Source: an uncultured Pirellulales bacterium
Lineage (GTDB): Bacteria; Planctomycetota; Phycisphaerae; Sedimentisphaerales; Anaerobacaceae
Length of the DNA: 57,769 nucleotides
Reading direction: 5' to 3'
Assembly (NCBI GenBank): GCA_964601185.1
Contig: CAZRMQ010000002.1
Location: 1-57,769 of the forward strand
Below, in pieces: positions 52,273 through 57,769 of this stretch. Numbering within the stretch: the first letter of the stretch is position 1; the number at the start of each line of letters is the position of its first letter. A program made the translations under genes and the position numbers. The notes under the pieces were generated by a model that saw nothing but the letters and a program-made list of their open reading frames with translations, made no database searches and was not told the DNA's origin.

Positions 52273-53913
52273 ATGGCTGATTATTCAGTGAGTCCTGCGG
52301 GTGAAAAGTTTCCAATTCCCAGCCGGGATGAATATCCTGCGGAGTTCAAGCGTGTTGAGTTGCTGGTGGCAGCGGCACGCCAGGATGGCAAAGAAATCGT
52401 CGTGGTAATGGGCGTCGGCTTCGTTGGTGCGGTTATGGCTGCTATTATCGCAGACTCCACTGATAAGCAAACCGGTAAACCTAACAAGTTCGTCATTGGC
52501 TGTCAGCGGCCGAGTACCCGCAGCTACTGGAAGATTCCATTGCTTAACCGTGGGCAGTCGCCGGTAAAGGCTGAGGACCCTGAGGTTGATCCGATGATTT
52601 ACCGTTGCGTAGTCGAAAAAAAGACGCTCATTGCTACCTACAACAGTGAGTGTCTTAAGTTAGCCGATTGTGTAGTGGTGGATGTCCAGTGTGATTATAC
52701 GAAAAACGCCCTCGGCGATATGCGAACCGGCCGGGTGGAAATGGAGGCGTTGGAAGCTACTATAAAAACCATTGGTAAGATGATACAGTCGAAGTGTCTG
52801 ACTTTGATCGAGACGACTGTGGCACCTGGGACAACCGAATTCGTGGCTTGGCCGATTTTGAAGAGGGCTTTTGCTGCTCGCGGTATAAATTCCGAGCCGC
52901 TTTTGGCGCACAGTTATGAGCGCGTTATGCCCGGCAGACAATATGTCTCATCGATACGAGATTTCTGGCGGGTCTGCTCCGGATGTAACCCAGAAGCAAA
53001 AAAGCGAGTTGAGAAATTCCTTAACGAGGTATTGAACACCACCGAATTCCCTTTGACCGTTATGGATCGGCCCATCGAGTCAGAGACCGCTAAAATTGTT
53101 GAAAATTCTTTCCGTGCCACTATGCTGGCCTTTTTGAATGAGTGGAGCTTATTCGCGGAGCGCAATGGCGTAGATTTGATTAAGGTTATAAAGGCAATAA
53201 AAGTCCGGCCTACTCACAATAATATCATATTCCCAGGCCCGGGCATCGGCGGATACTGCCTGCCGAAGGATGGAGGCCTCGGATACTGGGCATACAAACA
53301 CATTCTTGGTTTCGATGACGACATATTCAGGATAACAACAGCGGCCATTGATATCAATGACACACGAAGTCTTCACGTAGCGGAGCTGACAAGGGATGCG
53401 CTTCGGAACATGGGTCGACTGATTGCCGGCGCCCCCGTGCTTTTATGTGGAGCCAGCTATCGCCAGGATGTTGCCGATACCCGCTATAGCGGTTCGGAAG
53501 TGGCAGTCCGAAAGCTGACAGAGATGGGAGCGGAGATGCGAGTACATGACCCGTACGTCGAACATTGGTACGAGCTGGAAAACCAGGATACATATCCGGC
53601 ACCGGGCCATTCATTGGCAAGGTTTTTCCGCAATCAGAGCGGTCTGGCTAATATAACGGTCCAGCGTGATCTTCCCGACGCCATAAAGGGAGCTGAAGCA
53701 GTTATACTGGCTGTGCCGCACGAACCCTATTTGAACCTTGAACCTGACCAGATAGTGCAGTGGGCGGGGGGGGCCTTGGCGGTAATCGATTGTTTCGGCA
53801 TATTGGATGATGACAAGATTCGCCGGTACTTCCAGCTTGGCTGTGAGGTCAAAGGCCTGGGCAGGGGACATATCCAGAGAATAAAGGAAGAAGTTAGAAA
53901 AGCTAAGAAGTAA
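52273..53913 (+). CDS. Nucleotide-sugar dehydrogenase family protein (UDP-glucose/GDP-mannose dehydrogenase fold), unusually long
   Basis: 546 aa. N-terminal Rossmann VVVMGVGFVGAVMAA, central YERVMPG and catalytic-Cys region GPGIGGYCLPKD. GAGG lies upstream of the ATG. Confidence 0.75.
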   Translation: MADYSVSPAGEKFPIPSRDEYPAEFKRVELLVAAARQDGKEIVVVMGVGFVGAVMAAIIADSTDKQTGKPNKFVIGCQRPSTRSYWKIPLLNRGQSPVKAEDPEVDPMIYRCVVEKKTLIATYNSECLKLADCVVVDVQCDYTKNALGDMRTGRVEMEALEATIKTIGKMIQSKCLTLIETTVAPGTTEFVAWPILKRAFAARGINSEPLLAHSYERVMPGRQYVSSIRDFWRVCSGCNPEAKKRVEKFLNEVLNTTEFPLTVMDRPIESETAKIVENSFRATMLAFLNEWSLFAERNGVDLIKVIKAIKVRPTHNNIIFPGPGIGGYCLPKDGGLGYWAYKHILGFDDDIFRITTAAIDINDTRSLHVAELTRDALRNMGRLIAGAPVLLCGASYRQDVADTRYSGSEVAVRKLTEMGAEMRVHDPYVEHWYELENQDTYPAPGHSLARFFRNQSGLANITVQRDLPDAIKGAEAVILAVPHEPYLNLEPDQIVQWAGGALAVIDCFGILDDDKIRRYFQLGCEVKGLGRGHIQRIKEEVRKAKK

Positions 53914-53939
53914 CACAATCATGCTATCAGGATGCGTAA

Positions 53940-54995
53940 ATGGATATTAAGAGCAAACGGATAGCAATTCTGTCGCCTGTTGCATGGCGGACGCCGCCGA
54001 GGGCTTATGGCGCCTGGGAGACAGTGGCGAGCAATATCACTGAAGGCCTGCTTGCACGCGGCTGGAAGAATGTAACACTATTCGCCACGAAAGATTCCAT
54101 CACAAAAGCAAAACTCATAGGTTTTATTGAGAAGGGTTACGAAGAAGATAAAACCCAAATTCCGCTGGTCTCAACATGCCTGCATATTTCCAAAATGATG
54201 CAGAAGGCAGATGAGTTTGACCTGATTCATAACAATTTCGATTATCTGCCATTGACCTATCTTCCATTTATCAGGACTCCAATGCTAACTACCATCCACG
54301 GCTTTTCCGAGCCGGATATACTGCGGGCTTATCACGACCATAAAGATTCTTACTATGTTTCCATAAGTGACGCCGACAGAGACCCGGAGCTGCCGTACTT
54401 AGCGACTGTTTACAACGGGATAGACCTTTCTAATCTTACGTTTAGAGAAACGCCGGGAGATAAGCTCGTCCATTACGGACGAATACACAACGACAAAGGG
54501 ACACATCTGGCGATTGAAGTCGCAAAAAAATGCGGTATGGATTTAATAATAGCAGGCATAATTCAGGACCAGAAATATTTTGACGAGCTTATTAAACCAC
54601 ACCTGAATCAATCATCAATCCAGTACATCGGCCCCGTTAATCCTATTCAGCGTGATGCACTTCTTAAAGAAGCGTATGTGGTCATTCATCTTAACACCAT
54701 TCCTGAACGGTTTGGCTTGGTGATGGCTGAGTCTATGGCTGCCGGCGTGCCGGTTATTTCGATGGATTTAGGCTCGTGTCGAGAGGTTATTGCGGATAAA
54801 GAAACCGGCTATTTAGTCAATAATGTCGATGAAGCGGTGGAGGCTGTGGGTAAAATTGATAGAATAGACCGCAAGAAGTGCCGGCAGCGCGTTGAAGAGA
54901 ACTTCACCATCGACCGTATGGTCGAAGGCTACGAAAAGGTGTACGAAGAAATCTTCCGGAGAGAAGATAGAAGACGGAAAAAGTTCGATGTTTAG
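53940..54995 (+). CDS. Glycosyltransferase family 4 (GT-B, group 1)
   Basis: 351 aa. C-terminal E-x7-E region ERFGLVMAESMAAGVPVISMDLGSCREVIADKETGYLV. Confidence 0.8.
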   Translation: MDIKSKRIAILSPVAWRTPPRAYGAWETVASNITEGLLARGWKNVTLFATKDSITKAKLIGFIEKGYEEDKTQIPLVSTCLHISKMMQKADEFDLIHNNFDYLPLTYLPFIRTPMLTTIHGFSEPDILRAYHDHKDSYYVSISDADRDPELPYLATVYNGIDLSNLTFRETPGDKLVHYGRIHNDKGTHLAIEVAKKCGMDLIIAGIIQDQKYFDELIKPHLNQSSIQYIGPVNPIQRDALLKEAYVVIHLNTIPERFGLVMAESMAAGVPVISMDLGSCREVIADKETGYLVNNVDEAVEAVGKIDRIDRKKCRQRVEENFTIDRMVEGYEKVYEEIFRREDRRRKKFDV

Positions 54996-55141
54996 CCGGC
55001 ACACCTGACTTCGGTGAGCTCAGTCGGGTCGTGGTGTCGGCAAAGAAAACGAACGATGAATGAGAACAAAGTATCTAAAATCTCAAATAACAATTAAACT
55101 CAGCATTGCGGCTCGTCTCTCAGACACTGGCTGACTCTGTG

Positions 55142-55609
55142 CTATGGAACGTGCTTAAACTCCACGCGGTCAAGCTGAACATTCGGCTCAGCGAGGAGTA
55201 TTAAAATATTGCAGGGGCCGTCGGTCTCTTGGGTGAATTTGAGAACATCCAGAGTAGGCAGAATTTCTCTTGTGTTTTTCAGCCACATCCGCTCTTGTGC
55301 GTTGTTGCCCACTGTCACGTAAAAAGCGTCCTCATCGTAAGAGGGTCCCAGGGCATAGACTGTTATCTCATAGTTGCCTTTTTTCAATTGGATAGTTGCC
55401 TCAGCCTTGCTGCTCTCATCCTGGAGCACGACGACTTTTCCGCCGCTGGCACCTTCGAGTTCCTGCACCTGCGCATTGGTCAGTTTGAATTCTTCCACTT
55501 CCACGAAGAATACGTCCTTTCCAACCTTCTGTACTCTCGGCTTGCTCATACTTGCACAGCCGGAAAACACTAAGGTGATTACCAAAATTGCCATCCATTT
55601 TGCTTTCAT
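55142..55609 (-). CDS. Small lipoprotein, beta-sandwich/CBM-like, unknown function
   Basis: 155 aa. Lipobox LVFSGC in MKAKWMAILVITLVFSGCAS; the remainder is beta-rich. Confidence 0.55.
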   Translation of the reverse strand: MKAKWMAILVITLVFSGCASMSKPRVQKVGKDVFFVEVEEFKLTNAQVQELEGASGGKVVVLQDESSKAEATIQLKKGNYEITVYALGPSYDEDAFYVTVGNNAQERMWLKNTREILPTLDVLKFTQETDGPCNILILLAEPNVQLDRVEFKHVP

Positions 55610-55731
55610 AACTCTTTCTCCTTTCTCATAGATACGTCCCTAATGACCGTATCAATTACCTCGCGGCGCCATAATGTAGTTGTTTTATCCTGTAGTCTCG
55701 TGCGAAGCAAGCAATTCCGTGAATTCTTTGA

Positions 55732-56496
55732 CTATTTGTGATCGCCCATCAATTGAGCAATTTTAGGCTCTATGGCTTCGGCCCAAATTTTGTATCCAAC
55801 CTTGTTGGGATGCAGGTAGTCCGGCATGATGTCTTTGGACAATAATCCGTCGTCTGCCAGAAAGCTGCTATTGATATCGCGATAATAAATCATTTTTCCA
55901 TCGGCTATCCTTGAGGCCAATAGGCTGGCTTCTGTATTCTTCTGTCGCTGAGTCGAGTGTTTGGGGTCGCGTGGGAATATCGCCAGCAGGAGTATCTTGG
56001 TTTTGGGAAGCTTGGTGCAAAGTCTCTGGCAGATTGCGATGATTCCGTCGGCGATTTCTTCGGCTGTGTTGTCATTTCCATTTGAATTGTTTGTTCCAAT
56101 CATGAGCACTGCGAGCTTTGGACAGATTTCTTCAAAGTTCGAATGGTCCAGTCGCCATAACACATGCTGTGTACGGTCTCCGCCAAAACCCATATTGACC
56201 GCGTTTCGCTTTGCATAATAGGCGTCCCAGATTTCCTTGCCCGTGTTTTCCCAGCCATGGGTGATCGAATCACCGATAAAGAGCAAATCGACGTTTCCAT
56301 TTTTCAGCCGCTCATTAACAGCGTCATGGCGTGGGCCCCACCATTTAACAGCCCAATCGACGGTTTGCTCCACAGGAGTGACGGCGGAGTGAGTCTTGCC
56401 TTCGACCGATTGAAAAGCAAGCTGCTGCTGGCTGGCACAGCCTGTGAGCATAGTAAATGTCAGCAACAGAGCGACAATCATTGTTTTTCGCATCAT
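55732..56496 (-). CDS. SGNH/GDSL hydrolase (esterase) lipoprotein
   Basis: Lipobox MLTGCAS. SGNH blocks LLFIGDSITHGW (I), GFGGDRT (II), MIGTNN (III) and DYLHPN (V). Confidence 0.8.
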   Translation of the reverse strand: MMRKTMIVALLLTFTMLTGCASQQQLAFQSVEGKTHSAVTPVEQTVDWAVKWWGPRHDAVNERLKNGNVDLLFIGDSITHGWENTGKEIWDAYYAKRNAVNMGFGGDRTQHVLWRLDHSNFEEICPKLAVLMIGTNNSNGNDNTAEEIADGIIAICQRLCTKLPKTKILLLAIFPRDPKHSTQRQKNTEASLLASRIADGKMIYYRDINSSFLADDGLLSKDIMPDYLHPNKVGYKIWAEAIEPKIAQLMGDHK

Positions 56497-56600
56497 CTGT
56501 CATCTCCTTTTTGAAGTTACTAATGTTGCGGTTCGTGCCGAGTATACGACGTTTGAGTGAAACAGCTTGTAGAATTTGGGTAGTGCATTGTTAAGTTATG

Positions 56601-57710
56601 CTACCAATTCATTACTTTTTTGAAAAACGGCATGAGCTCTTCCGCCATTTTTTCATGTTCCTGCCTGTCTGGATGGCTTGCGCATCCGTTTGAGTAAGAA
56701 CCGGAGAATTTGAATATATGAACTTTATCATCATTTTCCACTTCGTGCATGTGTTTTATTACCGCCGATAAATACTCCATCAAACGAGCACTTTTCTCTC
56801 CTGAGAACATCGGGCTTGTCAGGCAGCATATTTGTGCATGAGGATATCGAGCTCGGATACGTTTTACAAACTGGATGTAATCATTTATAAACTTGGCTGA
56901 ATCCAGCTCATCCCTTTTATAGGTGCCATCGCCATCCGAGAAATCATTCGTGCCGAGACAGATAGAAACCAAATCTGGAATATATTGATTAGCATCCCAG
57001 ATAGCGGAATTTGTATCGAGGAAAATATGCTCATAAACATCAGGCATTGTCGGGCCTGGACTGTTCCAGTTTCGGGTCATGCCGATTCCGGAGACGGAGC
57101 TGAAAAGCCAGTTGGCATTTAGTTTATCAGCTACAAGCCGGCCATAAGCAAGATAGGCGTTGTGCTGGTCATACCACTGTGCGGAATCGCAGGGAATTTC
57201 CGATGTGTCTAATCCCATCCCGCAGGTAATCGAATCGCCAATAAACTCAATTTTTCGTTCCCGGCTTTTTTCAGGGAGTAGGATTTCGGTGCATAACAAT
57301 CCTAAAAAATCAACGTAACCTATCTGTGCTTCCGTGGCTTTGCATAAAATAAGAGTGTGAGCAGTGTCTTCCAGATTTTTCGCTATCTCATATTCTGTCT
57401 TATTTTTAATAAGCTTAATTCTCTTTTGGTATTTTCCATCAATCGCAATTGAAATATAATTGTGGTTATTATTTAAGTTCTGGTCCTCTAATAAAATACT
57501 ACAGGTGTTTCCTCTGAATTTTACCTGGAAGTAAGCGCCTGCACCGCTTAATCTGGGTTTTTGGGAATTTGAAAAATCAACCCTGCCTGTGTATTGAATA
57601 TATTGATTGTCCGGCGTGTGGAGGGATGGTTGAGAAAGCAGTACTTGTTGTCTGTTGAAGAGGAATACATTTATTACAAGTAGGATAATTATCAGCTTAG
57701 TTTTTTTCAT
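56601..57710 (-). CDS. SGNH hydrolase with an N-terminal beta-sandwich, carbohydrate esterase family 2-like
   Basis: 369 aa with a signal peptide. An N-terminal ~150-aa jelly-roll-like region is followed by IEFIGDSITCGMG, LGTNDF and GCASHPD. Confidence 0.7.
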   Translation of the reverse strand: MKKTKLIIILLVINVFLFNRQQVLLSQPSLHTPDNQYIQYTGRVDFSNSQKPRLSGAGAYFQVKFRGNTCSILLEDQNLNNNHNYISIAIDGKYQKRIKLIKNKTEYEIAKNLEDTAHTLILCKATEAQIGYVDFLGLLCTEILLPEKSRERKIEFIGDSITCGMGLDTSEIPCDSAQWYDQHNAYLAYGRLVADKLNANWLFSSVSGIGMTRNWNSPGPTMPDVYEHIFLDTNSAIWDANQYIPDLVSICLGTNDFSDGDGTYKRDELDSAKFINDYIQFVKRIRARYPHAQICCLTSPMFSGEKSARLMEYLSAVIKHMHEVENDDKVHIFKFSGSYSNGCASHPDRQEHEKMAEELMPFFKKVMNW

Positions 57711-57769
57711 AATATTCCTTCCATAAAAACGCTTGTCAAATTTTTTACACCAATATTATTTTTATATTA

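Overview
This 57.8-kb window looks chromosomal. Its gene content suggests a PVC-group bacterium, possibly Planctomycetota/Phycisphaerae-like: giant secreted PA14/LamG/dockerin-like proteins, pseudopilin-like folds and many short intergenic repeats. That taxonomic call is inference only. The well-understood core is a complete sigma54-type nitrogen-assimilation supercluster at 23.6-36.0 kb: a GAF-AAA+ enhancer-binding protein, a -24/-12 promoter, a porin-like gene, amtB, glnK, glnA, gltB and gltD. Other recognisable genes are envelope-glycan genes (HAD, DUF362, DPPR-synthase-like UbiA, CapD), a GH43, a Fur/PerR-like regulator with a Dps-like ferritin, xthA, a nucleotide-sugar dehydrogenase with a GT4, and three SGNH/esterase-type genes. 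There are two tRNAs (Ser-TGA, Gln-CTG). One IS element has intact inverted repeats and an 8-bp target duplication but a split transposase. A small toxin-antitoxin islet is also present. The least-explained loci come in four groups. (1) A PadR gene is followed by three to four tandem paralogs of a single-pass membrane protein with a DUF1700/HAAS-like cytoplasmic head, a divergent outer body and a pseudopilin (GspG)-like C-terminus; one copy is interrupted by a single in-frame TAG. (2) A tight five-gene minus-strand operon encodes envelope proteins of unknown function: a TPR anchor, a PKD/Ig-repeat protein with a transglutaminase-like end, a membrane-anchored unknown, a Cys/Trp-rich protein and a secreted protein. 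(3) One membrane protein combines an HTH, a polyacidic tract, two TM helices and a polylysine tail. (4) Two tandem ~1050-aa PA14 proteins each carry a duplicated ~180-nt leader. No CRISPR array, rRNA, integrase or reverse transcriptase was seen. All domain calls come from reading motifs by eye. No database search was run.
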